DNA of 59,025 bases, counting the filler, from Trypethelium eluteriae (lineage: Eukaryota): NCBI GenBank assembly GCA_051942245.1. It is 4 parts of 4 records of this genome, joined end to end, with 100 filler letters (N's around TTAATTAATTAA, not from the genome) between each part and the next. Parts side by side here need not be neighbours in the genome. Positions count along the whole stretch, not along the records: positions 1 to 14,728 come from JAVECL010000676.1; 3 more parts are not named here. One strand, written 5' to 3'. This document shows positions 1 through 12,568 of the stretch, in pieces (position 1 is the first letter of the stretch; every line of letters begins with the position of its first letter). A model generated the notes under the pieces. That model did not search any database and was not told the origin of the DNA. It saw only the letters and a list, made by a program, of their open reading frames with translations. The position numbers and the translations under genes are program-made.

Positions 1-159
1 GTGCGATTTTAGAGGGAGCTCGAACCGGTATTCGGAGCCGGCGGGGAGGATGTGCGTGCGTGGTGGGGAGGGCTCTGCGGGGAGAGTGGCGGTGGTCGTG
101 GGGTGGAGGTCGGAGGGGTCGCAGGAGAGGCCTGGGATGGAGAGGCCGGGGATGTTCAT
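1..159 (-). CDS. clp1: mRNA cleavage/polyadenylation factor Clp1, 5' end (runs off the window start)
   Basis: ATG at 159 reads MNIPGLSIPGLS...RTHILPAGSEYRFELPLKSH. This resembles the fungal Clp1 N-terminus as I recall it (MSLPGL...GSEWRFEV). It is below the ORF-track size cutoff. Confidence 0.7.
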   Translation of the reverse strand, partial: MNIPGLSIPGLSCDPSDLHPTTTATLPAEPSPPRTHILPAGSEYRFELPLKSH

Positions 160-1902
160 CGTGGGTCGTGGGAGGGTATTGTGGTGCGTTGGAAGGAGAT
201 GAGGAGGTGAGGTGAGAAGAGGTTGTCGAGAGAATGGAGGGTCTTGTTGTAAAATGATCCCTGCGCTCTTGCTTTGATCGTAACCTTGCTTTGTCTTATA
301 GTCCAGTCCCAATAGGTGTAGAGCGCAGTTGGAAGAGAGTATGCCGAGATCGAAAAGGGCCGTTGAACGTAAAAGAGCGATTAAACTGAGATAGGCTTGT
401 GCCCAATAGTATCGAAGTCAGATAGCTGCGAGAGTCTTTATCTGCAAAAAGCCTAGCATCTGATTATGCTGTTCAACGTTTACTGCGTCGCCACTTCCTA
501 AAAATGCCAATTCTCCAGAGCATGCACCTTAGCGCCTCAACTGCTCTGCGAAGTTTTTATCTTCCGGGGTTTTAGTTATCTCTTTTCGTCTGGTCTCGAT
601 ATCCGCTTTGCTGTGAAGAAGCACCTTGCAGATCCGACTCTACTCTAGCAATCAGGTGCTTTGAAGCGTTCGAGGTTGGAGTGGAGATCTTGCTTTGTAC
701 CGAATGTGAGATGGCCACCAGAGTCCTTTCTCGATGTCAATGATGCCAGGTCTTGTGCGTTATTGCGGCTAGACTCGAAGAGAACGGGATCATAAAAGTG
801 CGCGTTCAGATCTCCAACTTCTTCTTCAGGAGGCTGCGTGCGTCGTCGTCTCGCTCCTCTAGACTGGTGTTAAATCTCACCTCGGATGTGGCTCTATTGA
901 AAATGATACTGTAGATCTCATGATGCGATGAGTGTAGATCAGAGTTCTGACCGTAAGATGGACCAACGGATGACTATAGCATGAGAATATGTTGTGAGCT
1001 GCCACAACAGTCAGGAGCTAATTCTCATCTATTCGATCACTCAAAAGCTATATCTCATTGCTGACGTCCCACATCTCTTGAAGTGCTTGCACACACCTGA
1101 CGAAGGTCGCGGATGCGGAAATAAAATTTAGAGTAAGCAAGGATTGATCAACGTTCGGCCCGACGGCTCTACGTCCGACGAGAAGATGTCCGAATTTAAT
1201 GTTTTAATATTTGCTCATTTTGCCATTCGCTCTGTGAACTTCGAGCAGCAGTTTACAGTAGCTGTTGTGTCACCAAAGATAAGTAAGATGAGAGGAGTTG
1301 GAGGTGCAGAAGCGTGAGGACATTGTTATTATTTGTTGTTGGTCCGTGTGCCAAATCGGACCTCTTCAGAGCACTCCGTCGGACGTAGAGGCCGTTGAGC
1401 CTCAGCACAGCAATTTTAGTGTCGCTGGCGCCAAGGACACGTACCTTGTCACCTTGGCGTACTTGCCCCGACCAGCAACAGTCTCGTAGTCATTAATGTG
1501 AAACTTCACTCAAATTAGTTCATGCGTCTCCAATGGTAGGCTTCTTCGTCTTGAGAGAGATACAATGGCATATCAAATGCTATCTACGTACTTGTTCCGA
1601 AAGTCAATGCAGTCCAAATCCGTAGCAATAATTCTCGTCGACCATGCATGCATAAGACCCTAATCGTCAGGTACAAGAAAAAAGTCGAAACAGTAGGCTT
1701 GCAAGGACCCCCAAATTCCCTAAACTCCCAATATATGACGACCCCATAGAGTCCATCTAGGGTTTTTCTACATCTCGAGCCGATCGCCGTGCCCTTTGCC
1801 TTTTGCAACGGTCGAAAATATAGACAAGCACAAACGGAAGACCCTAGCAAAATGCAATATGTTAATATTTGAGAAAAAAGCGAAAGGATGCACAAAAGTC
1901 TA

Positions 1903-3512
1903 CTACAACACCAGTACGATAATGCAGCTGAACAGCCCAACAAGGAAGACCCCTGGCATATGAGAAGCCAGCCCAGTCGCACCGCTATGCTTCGGTGCGG
2001 GCGTATTCGACGCACTTCCCCCACTCGTTCCCGCCTGGTTAGGCGTGTTGGCCTGGTTGCCTTGGAGGGGCTTGATGGCCAGGCCCTCGATCTGACTGCC
2101 ATTGGTGGCGTATACCGACATAGGGACTTGCGTGCTCGAGACCTGAACGACCTTGCCTTGCTGAGGGTTCGACAATCCGTTATTGATGAGATCCTGTGCA
2201 CCAGACGGAGTGCTTGGAAGCGTGAAGTTGGCGCCAAACTGGCTCGATGAAACAACGCCGGAACTGCAAGCCGGCGGCTGGGCCTGAGTTTGAGAAGCGT
2301 TTGAAGACTGAAGGAGTGTGACATTCAACTTGCTCATCTGCGATTGGAGGTTGTCGTAGTCCACGAGAAGACTGGCAGTCCCGTTGTCATTCACATTGAT
2401 CAGACCGAAATTGGAGGTCTCCTGTGTGAATTCATAGACGAGGCCGCCAGAGAGTGTGGTCATTTGAGGCCCATAGAGCGCTTGCACTTCATTAAAGACG
2501 CGAGGGCTTGGGGTGTTGCAGCCATACTCAGAGAAGAAAACCGGGATCGTGGTGGCGCTGAACATTGAAACGAGCGCGTCATATCCAGCAGACTGGAAAG
2601 TTGCTTGGTCTCCGCACCAGGAGTAAGAGTTCAGACCGAAGAAATCACTGCGTGACACATCTTTATCATTACCGTCAATTGCGCATTGGAGGTAGGCCCA
2701 GGTGTCCTGCAAGACTTCACGAACATCTGCGGCAGAGTAGCCAACTGGAATGGAGCGAGATGAGTGCTTGGCAATGTAGTTTTTGAGGTCGCGTTGGACA
2801 GCCTGAAGCAGGAATTAGATGAGGATGCCGCATGATCAACTCGTTCAACTGACCCTGATATACGGAGGATTAGCCTTCGAAGTTGGCACGTCATTTATAA
2901 TCTCATTGCCAGCGAAGAAGGCCATTGTGTTAGGGTAGCCTTTGAAAGCCTCGACGACAGCGAAGGTCCTATGACCTGTCAGTAAAGCTTCGCCTTTGGT
3001 CCGTTAACCACTTTATTCATACCTGTTCAAGTAGCTAGCAGTGTAAGACCCAGAAGGGTTCGAACGGTCGATACTTTCTCCACCAAGTGGGGAGTTGACG
3101 TCCACAATCATGTATATGCCAACCTCATTGAAGATGCTTGCACACTGGTCGTGGTTCAAGTCTGGATCGACGTTGTAGACCCTAATTGTGTTCAATCCCA
3201 AATCTTGCATGAGCGCAGCATCCCGTAAGCAGACGGTTCCGTTACTTAGCGGGTCAACGCCAGACCCGGGATCGTAGCCAGACTGTCCTCCAGGTTGATA
3301 GTCGACCCCTATTACCATGACTCTATTATTGGTTGTTGAATCGACGAAATCAGCTCCCTTCATGACGACGGGGTTTACGGCGAGGGCGGCACCGGCGAGA
3401 AGGCCCAAAGCTGTAAAATACTGCAACCTGTTAATCTGTGTATCTTGCTGGGTGTGCTTCCAGATTGCTTGAAGGGCATGTGGAAAGCTTTTGAACATAC
3501 AGATAGCATCAT
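1903..3512 (-). CDS. gel2: GPI-anchored beta-1,3-glucanosyltransferase, GH72 (Gel/Gas family, no obvious CBM43)
   Basis: Four exons: MMLS | YFTALGLLAGAALAVNP...GVDYQPGG...DPLS...CLRDA...NTIRVYN | ...FFAGNE... | ...VGYSAAD...FFSEYGC. Both catalytic Glu motifs (GNE, SEYGC) are present, as are a signal peptide and a hydrophobic GPI tail. The symbol is a best-subfamily guess. Confidence 0.93.
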
Positions 3513-4614
3513 AGCGAGTTGTGATAGCAATCGATCGAAAAACGGCTTTGAAATGCAAGATAGAGATTCAAGAGCCAGTGAATGAGTGAGAGAAGTGAGC
3601 TTGTAGCAGCCAAGTGTATTATCTACAAAGAAAACAAGCGAAGGGTAGCCACGACCAAAAGCAAGGCTGGGAGCAGGGCGCAAGAAGAAGGCGCAAGAAG
3701 AGAAGAGGAAGCAGAACCGGACACAGTCTGCGAACGCCAATACAGCAAACGGGTGGTGGGTGAAGGTGGCGTGGATGGAGGCCGCGGCGAACCTGTACTT
3801 TCATGGGCTGGCTCGGTCATGCATGGGGCGAGCCAACAAGGGTCAAACAAGCCTGACTTTCTCATTTCCCGCACCGCCAGCCAATCTCGGACCAATTAGA
3901 GCATGAGCTTTCTGAAACACCAGAAACCCTCCATCCTTCTCATTTAACAGGTCAGACTGTATTCTTGAAACACTGATGTCATAATGCAGTCTACATTTTG
4001 CTCCCGTGTGGAGTGCGGACTTCGAAGCCATTCAAGGAGGCATTTACCATTGCTTTCTATCTTTTTTTTCTCTAGATCTCTACGATCAAACGGGCAATTG
4101 TGTAACAAACTGGTTTTCTCCATCATCGAATAACACCGTACGCACATGAGCAAAACAAGAAGCCCAGTACTCTGGAAACCCGACGACTTTATGCTCTCAG
4201 TCGGGGCCCCGTATGCTGGCCTATGTATACAAGATTGACCAGTAGTCGCTGGAGGTAGGAACGTGAGTTAACGAAACGATCATGTCTCTGCTGTCCTCAC
4301 GCACCATTGGAAAACGTTATTGATCCGACCTTATTCCAAAGGCGCCAGAGATACGCTTGTAGATTGGACTTTCGTCAATATCCATACTCAATACGGTCAT
4401 CGCCCTCGGTATCCGTATTTTGTCAATCTCATTTCCACCATTCTCACAAATCACTTACCTCTATCCACTTAGTCGTCCTTACGTTGCCACTATCGATAAC
4501 TCTCAGGTCGGTAACCAAATCTTGAGATATGCAAAAGTAATGCATTACGAGTCCACCAGTATAAAGTTATTCTCATCAAAACAGAGTTATCCCTGCGCAT
4601 AACTCTCGATCCCT

Positions 4615-5703
4615 CTAAACTGGCATTAAAGCGGTAATTGTAGCAAGTACACCTAATACTAGGAGCCGCTTATGACTGTAAGATAATGATCCAACTGCAG
4701 CCGAGGCGAAAGGGACGGCGGTGGGCCTGCGACTGCCATTTGCGAGACTAATTGGTCTCAAACAAGCTACACTTGCTTCAGACTAAGCTTCCGTTTCATT
4801 GTCTGCGGTGAAGATTGTCCATACCATGGGTGTTACTGAAGCAAGTCCTTGATCCTATCCATCGTAAATGCCTAGTTGCTCATCTACGCTGGCATTGTAA
4901 GACCAATCCACAAATTGGCCCCGAAGGATGCCAGTAGAGACGGCTCTGTGTGCAAGAGTCCACTTGGTATGGATTTTCTTCTAGTATTCCTGACGGATCA
5001 CTATGAGAGCTCCCATTGGCAAAATTGTGGAGACCACCTCCAGCGTACTCTGTCGGATAAAATGATTAGAATAGTCCGATCGAATCGAGATATATGACTG
5101 CGATTTACGCATGCCTAACAAAGCATAACCATGACGAGTTGCATGGGCGCATTTCCATGGCAGGCTGAAATTCCCGGCGACACTGGTGCAAATATCGAGC
5201 TAGATGTTCTGATTCTGATAATGGAGAATCGCATCTTAGAAGTTGGACTGCAGCTCTTTGAGTCAAAGCCCGCTCAGTATGCTATCATAACTACCATTGT
5301 CAATTTGTCCAGCCTTGATAGTTGCGACTGGCAAGTCTAGGAAGAATAAGATACAACCCACATATTGTAATGTTGGAGATGGAAGATTCTATTCTAGTTG
5401 TACCCATAACCAGGTTTGCTGGTTGATCCGTAGGAAATCGAAGATAGCTGTGATCCAGATCCAAGTCCCCCCGAGATATCTGGGGCCATTCGGAGGCGAA
5501 AAGCCCGACTGGGAGATCTGTCCTATTGCATTTACAGGTAGCAGAATCGCGGGACCTTCATTTGGGTACGGACTGCCAATATAATTGAAAAGGAAATTGG
5601 AAGACGCATTTGAAGAGTTCAACAATTGAGCCTGCACGACGTTCATAGCCGCCACGAAAACGATTATCAGACCGAGTGGCTTCAAGAGATTTGAGGTCGC
5701 CAT
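4615..5703 (-). pseudogene. Decayed GPI-anchored secreted protein, copy 1 (paralog of 10887-12040)
   Basis: Aligns to copy 2 from the signal peptide (LFNYIGSP...SQSGFSPPNGPRYLG) to the tail (CLRPISLANGSRRPT plus a hydrophobic end). Intron 5050-5108 is at the same position as in copy 2. Premature stops at 5389, 5263, 5236, 5200, 4855 and 4783, plus a +1 frameshift near 4912. Confidence 0.85.
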
Positions 5704-7236
5704 TCTTCACTTGACTTGAGACGTTTCTGAACACTGGTTCATGCTTGTCCGCCTAAGTCTCTTGATTGGGGGTGCAGTTGGGAAGCCTCAAACGTTACCC
5801 GGCCGATTGTATGATTTATCGACAAGAGCTAGACTCTGTAGGACGCCTATGAATAGTTATAACTAAGCCTTAGCTTAAGATACGGTAAGCCGTTAAGCTG
5901 TTTGTTTCGTTTGCTCTATATAAATCGGATACCTTTGTCACGGCCTGTGTCGTACACATTGCGCTTGAACAGAAGTGGCACGCATTTCCCTGATGTGCAC
6001 TTTTGAGTGTGATGTATTCATGGCCCTCAGGTATCTTTGGCTTCCGTAATAGAATGCTCTACCTCATACCTTACGTAGCTATCACGTGGACCGCAGTTCG
6101 ATCATCCAAGGGCAGATTGCTGTTCCTCATGGTTGGTCTACTCCATGGGGGTATCGATGACACACGTTAGCGCATCCTCATGCTGGGGATAATCAATCAC
6201 CGCCCGATGAGAGAGGCATAGACTTGTACGTCATTGTGACCTCTGTGCAAATTTCCTTTTCGAGGTCAGATTTCCCCGCCGAAGGGAAGTTGGGGAAAGC
6301 ACGAGGTCGGTTGTACAAGGAGTCTGTGCTCCGCCCTAACTTCGGCATCGCTCGTTACACCCATGTCTACGTCGCTTCCTGTGTCGACGGAGAAATGAGT
6401 ACCTCTAAGATGAAGACTCCAGAGACTGGATGATAACCATTTCTGTTTGATTCATTGTCATTCGTTCCGAGTACTACAGCCATGAACCCATCTCACAACT
6501 CGGGACGTCTTGCTGTTCTATCAGCAGACCTCGAAGCGCACGTCATACTTTGTGCCTTAACCAAGATGGCCGAGATTGTCCCTTTCCAGAATTGTGTGCA
6601 GCACCGTCCTTCTGACTCTTCTCAGCCTCAGGAACATCTCTTTCTCACAGCCTTTGAGTTCTGGAAGTTACCGGTATATTGGCTCCTATGTCTGCCTAAC
6701 CGAAAAGCGGCATCCGATGGAAGCCCAGTGTAGATATGATCATTTTTCCCTTCCACTTCGAGAACTCAATCATTGAGTCTCTAGCCACTGAATATGTAAT
6801 ATCTAGGCGTTCTTCGTTCATGGTCATTCTTTAGGAAAATGTCTGTCTCGCTTTTTAATTTCCATATGAAAAAAGATAAAATCTCACGACCAATGAACCC
6901 TAATTGTCGTGCATCAGTCAAATGTGGGGTTCGATCCTTCGAGAATTAAGGAATTGCCTTCTCCGTGAACCGCGGAATTAGCTACCGTATAAGCTGATAC
7001 CTACGGCTCTCACTACATACTCCGGGATTAGGCCTCACCAGATACCAATATCCCTGATGCTGGATCCAAAACATGTGCTCGAAGATCTCGATTCCTAGTT
7101 CTCTGTGCGAAATTTGATACTTAATCACTGCGGTATGACCCAATTCGATTATGTATAACTCATACTAGGGAATCAGTTCTACCCCAGTTGGTCCAAATTC
7201 TGTCAAGATTTTTTCAGGAGCTATTGTCCTTGAGCT

Positions 7237-10135
7237 ATGTATCCTCTTAGATTCACAGGCATGCCGGACCATAGGGTCCTACTCCTACTTGGATTGCTGT
7301 GCATCCCAACTTCAGTATTTTTGGCACCGGCATTCAGTCCAGACACCGAATTAGGCGCGCCAAATAATACCACCAACTTGCCTTCGAAGTCTTGCACTGG
7401 TGTTTGTGACTCCACAGAGGGCTCTTCCACTAGCACTATCTCGACAACTCCTCTGGCCTCTGCCATTTCTCTTAGCTCTAGCCTCTCCTCTGTTTCGGGC
7501 ACTACTTCCGTCTCCACAGGAAACGGGAACTTTTCTATTTCAAGTGACTGGACATCTCTCTCGTCGTCTAGCGTTTCGACAAATTCCGGCCTTCTATCTG
7601 CTTCTGACACCACCTCAGGCTCCACAGGGAGCGTTTACATTCATAATAGCTGGACGTCTCTCTCATCACCTGGCATCTCCACAGACTCTGGCCGCTCATC
7701 CATTTCTGACACCACTTCAAGTTCCACGGGACCCCTTTCTAGTGGTCTCGTCTCGACAACTTCTACGGCACCTGGTAGTCCCACTAGCACTAGCTTTCTA
7801 TCCGTTTCTGGCGTCACTTCGACCTCCACAGACAGCTTTTCTACAGCTACGCCTCTCAGTCATAATGCCACTCTTAGTTCTGAAATTGCTAGCTCCACCA
7901 TTACTCAGAACTCTACCTCAGCTCTCAACTCTAGCGATTCTAGTAAAACGGCCGACCTGGCAACGTCACAGTCTTCAAGCACTTGTTCGAAACCAACAGC
8001 GGGGACTAATGGAGAGATTCCCACGACCTTTGAGTGCAAGCAATGTGATTCATCGACAGATCTCAACATATGGCCGAACCTAGACACCTATGCCGCTTGG
8101 AGGGCAGCAGACGCCAATGATGCTCTAGCCGAATCTCTCAACTGGTACAACCTTGCGAAATGGGGGGTGGACAATGATTGCCCATTGTATGCGCCAGATC
8201 CCTCGCTGGAGCAAGATCCGAATGCGCCCTTGCCATCAAACGGGAATTGCACCGACAAACACGTAGATGCTCTTCCAAATGCTCAAAACTACATCCAGGG
8301 GATTCAACTACTTTGGAAATCAAATGAAACCCTCCAGTGCGCCATCACAGAGGGCCCTTGCCAGACCTTGAAGTGTACAGATGGTCTTTGTAAGTTTCTG
8401 CAATAGGCGAATGGCATGGCAACTAACAGTTCTTAGACCCTTGCAATTATCTGATTACCAACTCTTTCGTCAATTACGTGGGTGTTCTGAAGAGTCAATA
8501 CAATGCTCTGCAGCAGGCTCAAACCGAGGTTCAGTCAAGGATTTCTGACGTAGACATGACCAATTTTCAGCAAGAAGTTGGCATTCCGCTAATACTTTTA
8601 CAATAGTTTGCATCGAATTTCGCCCCTGTCTTAGAAGATCACACGCTTTCGATAATACAAGATGTACTCGATGGCTTTACATTCACTTATGGAATGTTAA
8701 TGGCGATTGGCTGGAAAAAGCTTATGAACTCGATGCCACTATTAGGTGACGAGGAAGCTGAGGATTCCGCGAAAGGTACAGTTGCTGAATGCTCTCTGTG
8801 GAATGGCTCGTGAATTTGTAACGAGTGCTTACCATTGTCGTTATAGACGCATTGAACAGCATCATTATTTCAGGTGCCGGGACAGCTAAAGATCAGGCTT
8901 CACAGTAAGCAGCAAACTCTTCTTATCTCTATAACTTGGCCCGAATACTTCCTTAGATGGGAGTTGTGGAAGCCCAGCGGTCCAGTATAGTCTCACACCT
9001 AGAAAGAGCAGCGGAAGCTACTGGGGTTTCTACAGAATATTTTGTAATCACTACTGACTCTTTGCACCAATAGGGTCGCTAACGAGTTAAAGAATGTGGA
9101 TTCACTGACTGCGCTGAGTTGGAATTTGACCTCTAAACTGATGGATACCATAGAGACTCATGTGCTCGAGATCCAGAATGGCTCTCTCTCCAGCAATCAG
9201 GCTTTGAATGCGACGCTCTACAACGGTACATTTCTTAGCTTCACTAGTGCAACATCGACGATGGAAGATATGCGCGAGGCTGCCGTACAGACTATCATTA
9301 GCCAGCTGATCGTACCAGCATGGAGCCTGGTCGCAGATGCGACGGGTATTGGCAACATACATCCGACAATTATGTAAGTAACTCCAGAACCATGATCATG
9401 TCGCCAATCAGAAAATGAGGGGGGAATACTCTAATCGTATCGACAGGGTACAGCCTGGGTCTTGTAATACAACCAATCCCTTCGCCGGAGGGACCTGGCC
9501 GAACAGTTGGGACCCTGAAAATGCACAACGAAATCAGGATGGCACACGTTGGATGATGGGAGATAAGGATGCTGATGCATCTCGTGTTTGCTTGGAGTAA
9601 GTTCCACAAATCGTGTCATCTTTACCGAGTATCCTCTGACTGATTCGGGTGGCTCTAGTGGCTCAGGTTCTACGTATTATTTGCTCGCAACAGGCTTCGG
9701 GGGCGTTGCGGGCCCGTCGATGAAATTAGTGCACAAACTGCCTGGAATTCAATATATACAGCAACAGCCAAATGAATATGGCAACATCACGGCTACAGCT
9801 ATCGTGAACAGGTTTGTCGGCCCCATCCATTTTCTGTATACTCCGGCCTACATCGCTGTACTAACTGTGACTGCCGTAGTTCTGTCATGGCCTACCAACT
9901 GAATGGCTTCCAGAACGGGTACGTCATGCCTGATAACTCAAAGACCATCGACGGATGGGGCAACGAAGGGGACTTCGTCTATCAAAATAACATAACTACA
10001 CCAGGCTGGTTCACAGTCCCCATTTGCGGCATGTTTGAAATGGCGTATGGTACGCTCAAAATAAATCCGAAGCAGAACAACTGTACCAATTTTTGGCCCT
10101 GCTGTGGCCAGGATGGATCTCACAGTCCAAACTAG
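7237..10135 (+). CDS. Large secreted protein: signal peptide, Ser/Thr-rich region, Cys-containing C-terminal domain; multi-exon
   Basis: A 389-aa first ORF, then in-frame exons separated by GT-AG introns (first intron 8390-8436 with CTAAC). Exons include YPCNYLITNSFVNY..., FASNFAPV..., ...IISQLIVPAW... and ...MAYQLNGFQNGY...TPGWFTVPICG...WPCCG. Internal exon boundaries are only partly resolved. Confidence 0.8.
7549..7731 (+). repeat. Two-copy 102-nt (34-aa) internal duplication in the Ser/Thr-rich region
   Basis: WTSLSSSSVSTNSGLLSASDTTSGSTG (7549) versus WTSLSSPGISTDSGRSSISDTTSSSTG (7651). Confidence 0.8.
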
Positions 10136-10886
10136 CAGTTGGGCAAGATGGAACGGCCCGATGTTGCCGCGTGAGATGGAAATAAGGAAATTGACATTCA
10201 CATTCTATCTTTCTTTGACTTCTTACTTCTGCCTTACAGTCTGTAGGATCTTGGTTTCAGCGAGGATCTTTAGAGTATCACTGGCGGACTCTAAGGCGTT
10301 TGCGTCTATTTCCAGCATTTAATCCAGCAAATTCCTCGTGGGATTTCAAGAATATCAAGCCGATTCAAAGTCCCCTCATAGACCACTCTACAACTGCCTT
10401 CTCATTTTGAGGACTCACCGAGGGAGATTATACAGATTTAGTCCTATAATCACCAGAACAAAAGATCTATACGGTGAGATCAAGGGCTCACCTGTGCGAG
10501 CCCTTTTTGTAAAAAAGCTTTACGGCTCCATGTCTCTTATGCATATTTTTGACTAATTTCTGAACTGAACGGATACTAGCAACGCGTTGATGCTTGAATC
10601 GCTCGCATAACAGCACCAAAGACTTTCTCTCATGGCTTGATAGAACGACTATACAAGAAGGGCTAGAACAGAAGATAGGCAGTGTATCATGATACATAAG
10701 CTTCCTTACTTTGACCTTTTTGCAAAAGGTTGTATAGGAATGTCAAATAAAATTTATGGAGAGAGCACAGATCTAGATATGCTAATACAAACGGTACCTG
10801 TGGTACATCCTGATACCTCTAGCAACAAGTCGTCTGGCCCCAAAGCATGTCCAAAAGTTCACAAAGCTGCATCTCTAATGCCTCTA

Positions 10887-12040
10887 TCATGACATCATTG
10901 TAGTGATGATCGTAAGTGTAATAATTACCAGTAATTTTACGAGAGTTCGAGGCCTTCCGTTAGCTGCTGCTGAAGGTTTTGGTACACCTGTAGGCCTTCG
11001 ACTGCCTTGTGCAATATTGGTCGGTCTCAAGCACCCTATCTTCGCATCTGACCATGGTGTCGTGACATTATCCACAGTGAAGAACGTCGCAACCATAGGG
11101 TTCACCGAAGTCAACGCTTGATCAAAACCAACGTAAGTACCTGAAGCGTCTGTAGCTGCACCTGGATAAGGCCAACTCATGAGTGGCTGAGACGGTTCCC
11201 AGTAAATAGTGCTTAGTGTACAGTTCTGATATGAACCCCCATAATCTCCCAGGTCATATGAATAGCAGGTCCCATTTGCAGAAGAGTTGAGAGCGCTTCC
11301 GGCGTACTCTATTGAATGGAAAAAAAAAAGTTAGCACGGTTGTATAGGACCATCATGTATAGTGGCGACTTGCGGACGCCTATGATGGATGAACCATTGT
11401 AACTTGAACCGGTTGCATTGACGCATTCTGATGGCAAGCTAAAATTCCCAACGACATTTCCACAAATATCAGGTTGGTAGGTGAAGGTCTTGGTACCGTT
11501 ATACACTTGGGGCTGTTCAGTGTGGTCTTGATAACGGAGTACCGCATCTCTGAAACTAGATTCGAGCGCGTCGATACAAGAGACCGTGAAGATACTTTAG
11601 CAATTACGATTATCACTTTGCCCCGCCTTGATAATTGCAATAGGGAGCTGTTGAAAAACGAACAGGCAGCCAGCGTAGTGCAGGGCTGAAGATAATAGAT
11701 CTTGCTCTGTTTGCGTACATAGCCAGACTTACGAGTAAACTTTCCCCTCGTTGTCCTCGTGGGTAAGGAAATCAATTAAATCGTAGACGGCTGTGGTCCA
11801 AGTCCAAGTTTCCCCCAGATATGAAGGTCCGTGGGGAGGGGAGAAACCTTGCTGGGAGAACTGGCCGGTCGCATTCGGTGGGAAGGGTCCAGCAGGGCCA
11901 TTATTGGTCTTTGGGCTACCAACGTAGTTGAAAAGAGTACTGGAAATATCTGAATCTGATGGCTGCGATTGGGTGAGTTGAACGTTTGAGCCGAGTGCAA
12001 TGATCGGGAAGAGAAGCTTCAAGGAACCATATGAGGCCAT
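10887..12040 (-). pseudogene. GPI-anchored secreted protein, copy 2; two in-frame TAA stops
   Basis: Signal peptide at 12040. TAA stops at 11729 and 11597 with the frame otherwise intact. GC-AG intron at 11309-11373. C-terminus CLRPTNIAQGSRRPT...AAA...LVKLLVIITLTIITTMMS resembles a GPI signal. Confidence 0.8.
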
Positions 12041-12259
12041 TCTCTGTTTGACTTCGGTATGCTCTACAAATGTGTTTGATCTCTACATTCAGAGTCTCTT
12101 GGGAATGTACGTACCTGCTTTGACGCGATACTAGTTTGACTAGAGACCGCGGGCCAACGCGATTGATAAGAAAATCTAAGTAGAGCCATGCTCTACAATG
12201 GAAATTACTTTATTTCCATTCGTAACATCCGTACCTGGCAACATGGCCTATGGTACTCA

Positions 12260-12433
12260 TGTGAGCGATTTGCTAACGGTACCTAAGGCGGCTAGCCGTA
12301 ATTGTGCTCACACAATTGTCGGTTCGATATCGGAGGGTACGACAGAGTATCGCAGAGGAGGAGGAGGTAAGTACGGTACGATACTCTAGCGCGCACGTGC
12401 CTTCCCACATGCATACCCACGTGCGCTCTCACA
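12260..12433. repeat. Possible solo LTR (174 bp)
   Basis: Begins TGTGAG and ends CTCACA (inverted TG...CA termini). No target-site duplication is seen. Confidence 0.3.
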
Positions 12434-12568
12434 ATGCCGGAGATACCTCCTCTAGAGTATGAGCCGCAGTGTCTTTCTCCCCTATTACCTAAGGACCCAC
12501 ACAACCGTATGCCGGTATCGAGCCAATAATATTTGCATGAACTACAGTGCACAATACTGCACGGAATA

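Noticed and set aside
500..1500. Coding-like stretches between clp1 and the GH72 gene
   Set aside because: Frames are short and interrupted, and no motif is recognisable.
5750..7100. Short ORFs upstream of the secreted-protein gene
   Set aside because: No recognisable homology or consistent splice model; may be an old relic but cannot be supported.
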